The notes beneath the pieces were generated by a model. That model worked only from the letters and a program-made list of their open reading frames with translations. It was not told the origin of the DNA and made no database searches. From Prevotella sp. (GTDB lineage Bacteria > Bacteroidota > Bacteroidia > Bacteroidales > Bacteroidaceae), in the NCBI GenBank assembly GCA_017455845.1, contig JAFSYY010000119.1, positions 14,678 to 78,677 on the forward strand: a stretch of 64,000 nt of DNA, read 5' to 3'. Below, in pieces: positions 20,765 to 29,412 of this stretch. Every line of letters begins with the position of its first letter. Position 1 is the first letter of the stretch. The position numbers and the translations under genes are program-made.

Positions 20765-20861
20765 GAAGTGAGAGGTGAGAGGTGAGAAGTGAGAGGTGAG
20801 AAGTGAGAGGTGAGAAGTGTTAATAGAAAAACTATGAACTATGAATTATGAACTATGAACT
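20747..20861 (+). repeat. (GTGAGAR)x10 over the ompH stop, then (AACTATG)n over the murI start
   Basis: The first array supplies VRSEK*; the second supplies MNYEL. Confidence 0.95.
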
Positions 20862-21699
20862 AAAAGGCCCTATCGGTGTGTTCGACAGCGGCTACGGCGG
20901 ACTGACCATCCTCCATGGCATACGGCAGATGTTGCCTGAGTACGACTATGTGTACTTAGGCGACAACGCACGTGCACCCTACGGGCCGCGATCCTTCGAG
21001 GTGGTCTATGAGTTCACACGACAGGCCGTGCAACGCCTTTTCGAGATGGGATGCCACCTGGTGATTCTCGGATGCAACACCGCCTCGGCAAAAGCACTGC
21101 GCACCATACAGCAGACAGACCTGCCGCAATGGGACCCACAGCGCCGCGTGCTCGGGGTCATACGCCCTACGGCAGAGGTCGTAGGCTCCCTCACCAAGAG
21201 CCGACATGTGGGGGTGCTGGCTACCGAGGGCACCATCAAGAGCGGGAGTTACAACATGGAGATCCATAAACTGCACCCCGACATCACGGTGTCGGGCGTG
21301 GCCTGTCCGTTCTGGGTGCCACTGGTGGAATATAACGAGGCCGACTCGCCCGGTGCCGACTATTTCGTGAAGAAACGCATAGACCAGATTATGCGTGTAG
21401 ACCCGCTCATAGATACGATTATCTTAGGATGCACGCACTATCCGCTGCTCATGCCAAAGATATTAAAGTACCTGCCCGACGGGGTGCGCGTGGTGCCTCA
21501 GGGGGAATACGTGGCCGACAGCCTGCGGCAATATCTTCTGCGCCATCCAGAGATGGAAAAGAAATGCTCGAAAGGGGCCACGGTGCATTACTTTACCACC
21601 GAGAACCCCGAGAAGTTCAAGGAGTCGGCACAGATATTCCTACACGAACCCGTAACCGTGGAAAACGTTGAGTTAGTTCATTCGGTGACAGTAAGATGA
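20848..21699 (+). CDS. murI: Glutamate racemase
   Basis: IGVFDSGYGGLT, GCNTAS, LGCTHYP. Confidence 0.97.
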   Translation: MNYELKGPIGVFDSGYGGLTILHGIRQMLPEYDYVYLGDNARAPYGPRSFEVVYEFTRQAVQRLFEMGCHLVILGCNTASAKALRTIQQTDLPQWDPQRRVLGVIRPTAEVVGSLTKSRHVGVLATEGTIKSGSYNMEIHKLHPDITVSGVACPFWVPLVEYNEADSPGADYFVKKRIDQIMRVDPLIDTIILGCTHYPLLMPKILKYLPDGVRVVPQGEYVADSLRQYLLRHPEMEKKCSKGATVHYFTTENPEKFKESAQIFLHEPVTVENVELVHSVTVR

Positions 21700-21740
21700 C
21701 CCTCGCGCAACAGTTCGGCTGCATAGGAAATGGCGGCCAT

Positions 21741-21879
21741 TTTTGTATTTGGGCTGAATACAACTTGTATTCCGGCTGTATACAAAAAGTATTCCGGCTG
21801 TATACAAACTGTATTCGGCCTGAATACAAGTTGTATACAGCCGGAAGACTTTTTGTATACAGTTTCGATACTCCGGCGA
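21741..21879. repeat. Dispersed ~140-bp element with 22-bp periodicity, copy 1
   Basis: Alternating gtattccggctgtatac / gtattcggcctgaatac units. An inverted homolog lies at 50970-51135. Confidence 0.9.
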
Positions 21880-21939
21880 AATGACTTTTTATCTGTTTTT
21901 AGGTAGGGGCTGTATGGGTTGCTGCTGTATGGGTCGCTG

Positions 21940-23670
21940 CTATCTGAACACAATGTAGAGTGCCGCCATGACCACAGCAAGGGCAACCCAGAGGGCCACG
22001 GGCAGGCGTGAGGGGCGCTCATGGATGGGAGCCGGTATGTCGTAACGGGTCTTGTCGCGGTCAGTGAGCGAGATGACAACCATGGCGACAATGAGGATGG
22101 CAAAGAGGTAGAACGACAGCAGCATGAAGTGGGGCCAGTGGAATGAGAGTTGAGGGATGAGAGTTGAGAGTTGAGGGATGAGAGTTGAGAGTTGAGGGAT
22201 GAGAGTTGAGAGTTGAGGGATGAGAGTTGAGAGATGAATCTCCTGCGGCCCCCAGAGGTAGAGGATGCCTATGATGAGGCAGAAGGCGGTGCCTGCGGTG
22301 AGTGCGATGTTGGCAGCGCGTCGTGTGGTGCGCCGCCAGAAGACGCCCATCACGAAGACGGCGGCCATGGGTGGTGCGATGAAGCCTAACACCGACTGGA
22401 AGATATTAAAGAGGTTGAGACCCTTGATGCTGTCGATAGCCACGGTGAGGACGATGGCCAGGAGTGCGCCAACGACGGTAACAATACGGCCTATGTAGTT
22501 TAGATGGCGGGAGGGGGGTGCCGACAGGGAACTGCCGGGAGTGGTGGCGGGGTGGGAGAGGGGACCCGACGCTGACGCGCCGGGAGTGGTGGCTGGGCGG
22601 GGGCGGAGGTGCTTCATGTAGATGTCCATGGTGAAGACGGTGCTCAGGGCGTTGAGGGCCGAGCCGATGGTTGACACCAGGCAGGCTGTGAGCACAGCAA
22701 AGACCAGTCCTACCATGCCTTTGGGGAAGAGATTCTCTACCATCGTGAGATAGGCTTCGTCGGGATTGTCCAGGGTGTCGCCGAAGAGTGCGAAACAGAT
22801 GATTCCCGGGAGTATATAGAGCACCACGTCGAGTATCTTCAGCCAGCCGGTGAAGTTGGTGCCGAGTTGTCCTTCGCGAAGATTCCTGGCGGCCAGCACG
22901 GGCTGCACCATCGACTGGTCGGTACACCAGAACCATATCCCCATGACGGGATAGCCCAGTACGATGGGCAGCCAGGGGAAGGCCTCGTCGCTGTTGGGTT
23001 TGAACATCACCCAGTAGTCGGCCGGCACCTTGTCGGCCAGTGCTGCCAGGCCTCCCACACGGTCTAGTCCTACGACGACGAGTGCTGCCGACACGACAAT
23101 CAAGAGTATCATCTGGTAGACATTGGTGTAGGCCACCGCCTTCAGTCCTCCGAGCATGGTGAAGAAGGCAGAGATGAGCAACAGGACGAGTGCCGATGCC
23201 CACATCGGTATGTCGAAGACCTGCCTGATGAGTATGCCGCCTGCAAAGAGTGTGAGTGCGAGCCATGAGATGATGATGGTGACGATGGTGTACCATGCCA
23301 GGATGTTGCGTGTGGACTGTCCGTAGCGCAGTCCCATGAACTCGGGCAGGGTATGCACCTTTGCGCCCAGATAGCGCGGTGCAAAGACGAAGGCCAGGAG
23401 TGCAATGAAGATGAAGGCATACCAGGCGTAGTTGCCACTGACGATGCCTGTAGTGAAGCCTGCCGAGGCCGAGGCGATGAGCATCGACGGCCCCACATTG
23501 GTGCCCCACATTGAGAATCCGATATGATGCCAGCGCAGCGAGTGCTCTGCCAGGAAGAGGGTGCTGCCCTTCTTCCGTTTCGTACTGGCCCACAGGCCGA
23601 TGGCCATGAGTACTGCGAAATAAATTCCCAAGATCAGCCAGTCAAGGCTTTGCATGTAATGGCTTTCCAT
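21940..23670 (-). CDS. Sodium:solute symporter (SGLT-like sugar transporter)
   Basis: GGLKAVAYT, WFWCTDQSMVQ, many TM segments; carries LSTLIPQ x4 and PATTPG insertions. Confidence 0.92.
   Translation of the reverse strand: MESHYMQSLDWLILGIYFAVLMAIGLWASTKRKKGSTLFLAEHSLRWHHIGFSMWGTNVGPSMLIASASAGFTTGIVSGNYAWYAFIFIALLAFVFAPRYLGAKVHTLPEFMGLRYGQSTRNILAWYTIVTIIISWLALTLFAGGILIRQVFDIPMWASALVLLLISAFFTMLGGLKAVAYTNVYQMILLIVVSAALVVVGLDRVGGLAALADKVPADYWVMFKPNSDEAFPWLPIVLGYPVMGIWFWCTDQSMVQPVLAARNLREGQLGTNFTGWLKILDVVLYILPGIICFALFGDTLDNPDEAYLTMVENLFPKGMVGLVFAVLTACLVSTIGSALNALSTVFTMDIYMKHLRPRPATTPGASASGPLSHPATTPGSSLSAPPSRHLNYIGRIVTVVGALLAIVLTVAIDSIKGLNLFNIFQSVLGFIAPPMAAVFVMGVFWRRTTRRAANIALTAGTAFCLIIGILYLWGPQEIHLSTLIPQLSTLIPQLSTLIPQLSTLIPQLSFHWPHFMLLSFYLFAILIVAMVVISLTDRDKTRYDIPAPIHERPSRLPVALWVALAVVMAALYIVFR
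22144..22233 (-). repeat. In-frame 3x7-bp array encoding (LSTLIPQ)4
   Basis: tgagagt tgaggga tgagagt repeated with a 21-bp period. Confidence 0.95.
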
Positions 23671-23704
23671 ATTTTTTTCTTTCTATTTATTTAGTTCCTC
23701 TATC

Positions 23705-26116
23705 TTAAACGATTGCACTACCCTTGAAATCTTTGGTGATGTCGATGGTGACGGCGCGGCTGAGGTCCATGTCGTCGGTAGAGTCGACATCGTAGGGATA
23801 GAGGGGGATGGTGGCACCTTCGCGTACGAAGACGGGCATCTCTTCCAGCGGCACCTCCACGTCGTAGTACCACCGGCCTCCCTCCAGGCGTTCGCCGGTG
23901 AAGAAGTTGACCCAGGTTTGAGGGGCGAGGTGCGAGGGAGGGGGCTCGGCGGAAAGCCGTCGGGAGTGGTGGCAGGGGTGAGGGGTGAGAGATGGCAGGT
24001 AGATGTCTCTTTTCCCTTCGCTGTTCATCACCGGACATACCAGGAAGTCGGAGCCGAAGTAATACTCGTCGTCGATATGCCAGCACTGGCGGTCTGCGGG
24101 ATGGTGGATGAGCAGGGCTCTTATCATAGGATAGCCGCTGCTGCACGACTGCTTTGACTGTTCGATGATATAGGGTAGAAGCGCATAGCGCAGTTTCCAC
24201 CAGCGCTTCACGATGGGTGCTACCTCCGGGTAGTGCCACGGCTCGCGCTTGAAACTGCCGTGGTAGCGTATGTGTGATGAGAAGACCCCAAACTGCGTCC
24301 ACCTGACGTAGACCTCCGGGTCGAGGGGCGAGTTCATGAAGTCGGGCGTGCTGTGGAACCCCGGCACGTCGTGGCTCCAGAAGGCGAAGCCTGAGAGTCC
24401 GAGGTGCAGCCCTCCCTTCAGTGAGCCTGCCATGCCAGCCCATGACGACTCGCTGTCGCCGCCCCAGTGCAGCGGGTATCGCTGGCATCCGGCCCAGGCT
24501 GCGCGTGCCCAGATGATGCCGTCGCCGGTCACCTCGCGTGTCACCTCGTAGGCGGCCCGTTGGTAGAGCAGGGCGTAGAGATTATTGAGATGTTCGGGCG
24601 TGGAGGCATGGTAGTGGTGGTCGATGTGGATATTCTCGCCGAAGTCGGTCTTGATGCATTTCACGCCCATCTGCAAGAGTGGCTTCAGCAGTTTGTTCTT
24701 ATACCAATCGGTGGCTTTGTCGTAGGTAAAGTCGATGGTGCCGGCATAGTCGAGGGAAGAGAAATTGGAGGAGGACTCGGCGGACGAGGACCCTGCGGGA
24801 AAACCGCAGGGCACGGGCTGGCTGATGTAGTGATTCTGTTTGGCTTCGGTGATCTGTTCTGCTCCTGCTGCGATGTATGGCAGTTGCCAGAGCGACACCT
24901 TGAAGCCCTGGTCGGCCAGGCGCTGTATAAAGCCCTTGGGGTCGGGGAAGCGCTCGGGGTTGAACTTCCACTCGCAGAGCCAGTCGGTGCGAAACCAGCC
25001 GGTGTCGAGATGGATGACGTCGCAGGGATAGTGCTCGGCGCGTAAACGGTTGCAGATGGCGCTCACCTCCTCGTCGGAGAAATAGGTCATGCGGCTCATC
25101 CATATACCGAAACTCCATAGCGGCGGCATGGCGGGGAAGCCCGTGAGCATGCGGTAGCGTCGGAGGATGGCCTCTGGCGTGTCGCCTCCAATGAGGAACA
25201 CGTCGATTGTAGCCCTGTCGTTGAGGAACTGCACGCTGCGTGTGCTATGGTCGGCGAGCGACAGTTTGCAGTAGTCGCTGGTATGGAAGAAGGCTCCGTA
25301 CATACGGCTCGACAGGTAGAACGGTATGCTCTTGTAGCATCGGCGGTTGTTGACACCCTGTCCGTCTTGGTTCTTCAGAAAGAACGACTGTCCGCTGAGG
25401 TCCATCTTGCGGAAACGCTCGCCGGTGCCCACGAAACACTCGTCTGGCTGGCAGCGGAAGGAGATGGTGGCACGCTCCGTGGCGCATGGCGTGGCACCGC
25501 CTCGGCTTACGAAACCGAGGGGCAGGGCATCGTAGCGTGGTGGCGAGAAATGGTCGTCGCTCAGGGCTATGGGCTTCTGTTCGTTGCCATCGGGAAAGAA
25601 GGTGATGAAGGGTGCCGGCTGCGGTGCTGGCTGTAGGTCGCTCCAATGGTCGGTGACAGGCTCTCTGAGGTCTATGTAGCCCACCTTCTTCCCGTTTGCT
25701 ATAAGGTGATACTGCGCAGCGGGTGCTGTCTCCAAACCTTGCGTGGCCTCCTGCCTGCAGGACAGGGAAGGCTCGCCTCCTACGGAACGGAGGGAGAGGG
25801 GTATGCGCTTCACCTCGGTCGAGAAGAGGAGCATGTCGTCGCTCTCTGTCATCACGTCGCCGACCATCGTGGTGAAGAGACGGATGATGTCTGGCTCGTA
25901 GGCACGGACGATGAGGTCGAACGACTGCCGGGGGACGCTCTCGTCGGGGGCCATGTCCTCCTGGTGCTTCTGCTGCTGGTAGGGTATGGTGATGATGATG
26001 TCGCCGTTGCACTCCCAGACCTGCGAGGGGGCGTGGGCTTTCCATAGATACTCGGGCTTGGCCAGCGTGGGGTCGAAGTCCATGAAGTCAAAAAGATGAT
26101 AGTTGGTATAGTTCAT
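23705..26116 (-). CDS. GH31 alpha-xylosidase-like glycosidase, no signal peptide
   Basis: IHLDTGW, IKTDFGE (YicI-type nucleophile), HWGGD, WSHDVPGF. Confidence 0.9.
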   Translation of the reverse strand: MNYTNYHLFDFMDFDPTLAKPEYLWKAHAPSQVWECNGDIIITIPYQQQKHQEDMAPDESVPRQSFDLIVRAYEPDIIRLFTTMVGDVMTESDDMLLFSTEVKRIPLSLRSVGGEPSLSCRQEATQGLETAPAAQYHLIANGKKVGYIDLREPVTDHWSDLQPAPQPAPFITFFPDGNEQKPIALSDDHFSPPRYDALPLGFVSRGGATPCATERATISFRCQPDECFVGTGERFRKMDLSGQSFFLKNQDGQGVNNRRCYKSIPFYLSSRMYGAFFHTSDYCKLSLADHSTRSVQFLNDRATIDVFLIGGDTPEAILRRYRMLTGFPAMPPLWSFGIWMSRMTYFSDEEVSAICNRLRAEHYPCDVIHLDTGWFRTDWLCEWKFNPERFPDPKGFIQRLADQGFKVSLWQLPYIAAGAEQITEAKQNHYISQPVPCGFPAGSSSAESSSNFSSLDYAGTIDFTYDKATDWYKNKLLKPLLQMGVKCIKTDFGENIHIDHHYHASTPEHLNNLYALLYQRAAYEVTREVTGDGIIWARAAWAGCQRYPLHWGGDSESSWAGMAGSLKGGLHLGLSGFAFWSHDVPGFHSTPDFMNSPLDPEVYVRWTQFGVFSSHIRYHGSFKREPWHYPEVAPIVKRWWKLRYALLPYIIEQSKQSCSSGYPMIRALLIHHPADRQCWHIDDEYYFGSDFLVCPVMNSEGKRDIYLPSLTPHPCHHSRRLSAEPPPSHLAPQTWVNFFTGERLEGGRWYYDVEVPLEEMPVFVREGATIPLYPYDVDSTDDMDLSRAVTIDITKDFKGSAIV

Positions 26117-26119
26117 AAT

Positions 26120-27649
26120 TCACAATTCATAATTCATAATTAACAACTTCGGACCGGGGTGGTTGACACCTATATCGTCGCGGTGCAGGGGGCGGATGGT
26201 GGCGGGAAAACCGCCAACCACACTGTTCCCGCTGATGGTGAAGCCGTCGGTGCGGGCATCGAGGTAGATGGGGAAGGCACGGTAGTTGGTGGCGTAAGGG
26301 GCGGGGAAGGGCTCGGATATGATGTTGTCGGTGATGTGTGAGCCAGGCTGGTTGGAGAGGGTGTAGATGCCACCGGCATCATAGAGTTGGCGGGCATAGT
26401 CGCTCACGCTGTTGCCTTCGATAATGTTTCCCGTCATACCCGTGTTGTGGGGTGTCCACCCCCATCCTATGCAGATGCCGCTGTAGTTCACGTGGCTGAC
26501 GCTGTTGCCCCTGATGGTGCACTCCCGGGCATAGCCTACGCCGATGCCCACGGTCCCCCAGTCTTCGTTGGCTGCATCATGGATCATATTATTCAGAATG
26601 TTCAGGCCAACACATTTGCCGGCCAGGTCGGTGTAGGGCCGGTGCACCTCCCGGGGGCTCTCGGCAAACGAGCCGGCCATGATGGCCGTGCCGCCGATGT
26701 CCTCGAATGTGCAGTCGGCAATTGTGCCGCCGTCGATGCTCTCGTAGTCGAGTGCCGTGGCGCCGAGATGACGGAAGCGGCAGTTCTTGAAGTCTACCAG
26801 GCGGGCGTTGCGCACGGTGACGGCACTGACGGGCCGTTCTATCCATGCCTGGTTCTCCAGCCCCTGGTCCCAGGGCAGCCCCTCATGCTCTTTCAACTTA
26901 TAAGCATCGACAAGGGGGAAGCCGCCCTGCAGGGTGACATGCCCCTTGTGCAGTGGGCGGTTCCAGCAGGTGTGTTCAAAGGTTATGCCTTCGAAGGTGA
27001 CATGGTTGGCACCGTCGATGACGACCAACTGTTCTATGCCGTCGCGCTGCTCGGTGGTTCTCAGCAGGAATGACGAGTTGCCCCGTTCGCCTCCAATGAC
27101 GGGCTGCGGCCAGGGATGGTCGAACTCCAGGCGGCTTTCAGGCTCTTTGAACGACACCACGGCAACGGAATCGCCCTGCATGCTAATCGCCTTGACGCGC
27201 AGGATGGCAATGGCCCACCGCTGGTGGACTATCATTTCGAGGTACGAGGTACGGGGGTACGAGGTACGGGGGTGTGATGGAATGGTGATGGTGCGTGCCT
27301 CCTTGTTGAAACTAATCATACGCTCCATGCCTTCCTTGGGGAAGACCTGAGTGTGCTGCTGCCTGGGGTCGCCGCAGATGACGGTGCCCTCCTCACCCTT
27401 GATAATAGTGGGCGACTCCGGCGTTCCGCTGTCCTCCGGCCGCAGGAACAGCGGCTCGCTCATATAGTATCGGCCAGCCTTTACCGTGATGATGATGCCG
27501 CCGTTGCAGCGCGGGTCTTGTGTGCGCCGCCACTCACGAGCCTGACGCAGGGCCTCGTGCAGGTCTTGGTTCGGGCCTACGATAATCTCGCCGGCTTCAG
27601 ACAGACAGGTTGTCAGCAATAACAACAGGCAGAAAAGTGTTCGTTTCAT
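26120..27649 (-). CDS. Right-handed beta-helix glycosidase (GH141-like)
   Basis: Start moved to ATG 27649 (MKRTLFCLLLLLTTCLSEA). LFLRPEDSGT, QRWAIAILRVK, YSGICIGWGW, DAGGIYTL. Confidence 0.7.
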   Translation of the reverse strand: MKRTLFCLLLLLTTCLSEAGEIIVGPNQDLHEALRQAREWRRTQDPRCNGGIIITVKAGRYYMSEPLFLRPEDSGTPESPTIIKGEEGTVICGDPRQQHTQVFPKEGMERMISFNKEARTITIPSHPRTSYPRTSYLEMIVHQRWAIAILRVKAISMQGDSVAVVSFKEPESRLEFDHPWPQPVIGGERGNSSFLLRTTEQRDGIEQLVVIDGANHVTFEGITFEHTCWNRPLHKGHVTLQGGFPLVDAYKLKEHEGLPWDQGLENQAWIERPVSAVTVRNARLVDFKNCRFRHLGATALDYESIDGGTIADCTFEDIGGTAIMAGSFAESPREVHRPYTDLAGKCVGLNILNNMIHDAANEDWGTVGIGVGYARECTIRGNSVSHVNYSGICIGWGWTPHNTGMTGNIIEGNSVSDYARQLYDAGGIYTLSNQPGSHITDNIISEPFPAPYATNYRAFPIYLDARTDGFTISGNSVVGGFPATIRPLHRDDIGVNHPGPKLLIMNYEL

Positions 27650-27742
27650 ACCATAAAGACGCGAAAAAAAGCAAAATGTCATCATTACAGATAGTGACAA
27701 AACAGGTTTTTCAACGTCTTTTATCAAAAAAGGAAGAAAAAG

Positions 27743-28750
27743 ATGGCGCAGAACATGAGACAATGGGTGGCCGATGTCATTCGGCGCAAGGACGTGACAG
27801 CACTGCCGGTGATGACACATCCGGGCATAGAACTCAACGGAGACACGGTCAGAGAGGCCGTCAGTAATGGCGTTGTTCACTATCGGGCGGTGCAAGCCCT
27901 GGCCAACCGCTATCGGTCGGCAGCGGCGGTAACCATCATGGACCTGACTACCGAGGCAGAGGCTTTCGGTGCAGAGGTGCTCTTCAGCGACGATGCCGTG
28001 CCTACTGTGGCGGGGCATCTGCTGTCGGGGCCCGACGCTATTCGCCGTCTTGAAGTGCCCTCTCTGTCCTCGGGGCGTATTCCTGCCTATCTGAAAGCCA
28101 ATCTGCTGGCTGCACGGCATATCACCGACAGACCGGTCTTCGCAGGGTGTATAGGTCCGTATTCCCTGGCGGGCCGACTATACGACATGTCAGAACTGAT
28201 GATGCTCATCTACGAGAATCCCGATGCCGCCCATCTGCTGCTCAGTAAATGCACTGCGTTTATAAGGAAATACTGTATGGCACTGAAAGAGACGGGAGCG
28301 GGAGGCGTGATGATGGCAGAGCCTGCGGCAGGACTCTTGTCTGAGCACGATTGCCAGACCTTCTCTTCTGACTATGTGCGCTATATCGTAGAGCAGGTAC
28401 AGTCGGACGATTTCATGGTGATACTCCATAATTGTGGCAACACCGGCCATTGTACGCGTGCCATGGTGAGCACCGGTGCGGCGGCATACCATTTCGGCAA
28501 TAAGTGTAAGATGAAAGACGTGGCCCGTGAGGTGCCGCCCACGGCCCTCGTTATGGGTAATATCGATCCCGTCAGCATCTTCAAGGATGGCTCCCCCGAG
28601 GAGATGCGTCATGCGGTCGCGGTCCTGCTGGAGGAGATGAACAACTATCCCAACTTTGTTCTCTCCAGCGGTTGCGACACACCGCCTCATACACCACTGG
28701 CCAATATCGACGCTTTCTTCAGCGCTTTGGAAATGTTTAATAGCCAATGA
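27743..28750 (+). CDS. MtaA/CmuA-like methylcobamide methyltransferase (UroD fold)
   Basis: EAEAFGA, GPYSLA, Zn motif ILHNCG, GNIDP, LSSGCD. Confidence 0.88.
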   Translation: MAQNMRQWVADVIRRKDVTALPVMTHPGIELNGDTVREAVSNGVVHYRAVQALANRYRSAAAVTIMDLTTEAEAFGAEVLFSDDAVPTVAGHLLSGPDAIRRLEVPSLSSGRIPAYLKANLLAARHITDRPVFAGCIGPYSLAGRLYDMSELMMLIYENPDAAHLLLSKCTAFIRKYCMALKETGAGGVMMAEPAAGLLSEHDCQTFSSDYVRYIVEQVQSDDFMVILHNCGNTGHCTRAMVSTGAAAYHFGNKCKMKDVAREVPPTALVMGNIDPVSIFKDGSPEEMRHAVAVLLEEMNNYPNFVLSSGCDTPPHTPLANIDAFFSALEMFNSQ

Positions 28751-29385
28751 CACAGAAGACGCTTGACTATGATGCTTTAGGGATAACGCCTGCCGATGTC
28801 TATGAGCAGATGGGGTATCACGGCGCTGAGCCTGACGAGGCGACACGATGCGAGACGTATGCAGTCATCCGCGAGGTGACACCCTGGCTGCGGCCCCGGT
28901 TCTGCTATCAGGTGGTGCGTGAACGGCCAGCCTTTGATATGGGCAAGATTATCCTGGGTCAACTGCGCGGCTCGGAGGCCTATGCTCTCTTTATCTGTAC
29001 CGCTGGCACGGAGTATGAGGCTTATCAGCAGCAGTTGAAGGAAGAGGGCGACATGGTGCGCCTCTTTATTGCCGATGCGCTGGGCAGTGTCGTTGCCGAG
29101 AAGTGTGCCGACCGGATGGAAGAGCACCTGCAACAGACCATCGACAAACTGGGATGGCACCACACCAACCGCTTCTCGCCCGGCTACTGCGGCTGGCATG
29201 TCTCCCAGCAACAGTTGCTCTTCCCGCTTTTCGGAGGACAGACCTGTGGCGTCCGTCTCACCGACTCGTCGCTCATGCTTCCCATCAAGAGCGTCAGCGG
29301 CATCGTCGGCATAGGCGAAAAAGTCCGCAGGCTTGACTATACCTGCGGACTCTGCGACCTCAAGCAGTGCTATAAGCGCCGTTGA
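28747..29385 (+). CDS. Stand-alone MetH-type B12 activation (AdoMet-binding) domain protein
   Basis: FICTAG, DALGS, RFSPGYCGW, MLPIKSVSG; C-terminal CGLCDLKQC. Confidence 0.82.
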   Translation: MTQKTLDYDALGITPADVYEQMGYHGAEPDEATRCETYAVIREVTPWLRPRFCYQVVRERPAFDMGKIILGQLRGSEAYALFICTAGTEYEAYQQQLKEEGDMVRLFIADALGSVVAEKCADRMEEHLQQTIDKLGWHHTNRFSPGYCGWHVSQQQLLFPLFGGQTCGVRLTDSSLMLPIKSVSGIVGIGEKVRRLDYTCGLCDLKQCYKRR

Positions 29386-29412
29386 GAATTTAGATTCAAG
29401 TTTCGTAAGTGC

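Noticed and set aside
21741-21879. Possible CRISPR array (also 50970-51135)
   Set aside because: Units are 22 bp, degenerate and contiguous, with no unique spacers and no cas genes.
27650-28120. N-terminal 157 aa of the 666-aa ORF
   Set aside because: It overlaps the divergent methyltransferase gene, and a signal peptide starts at ATG 27649.
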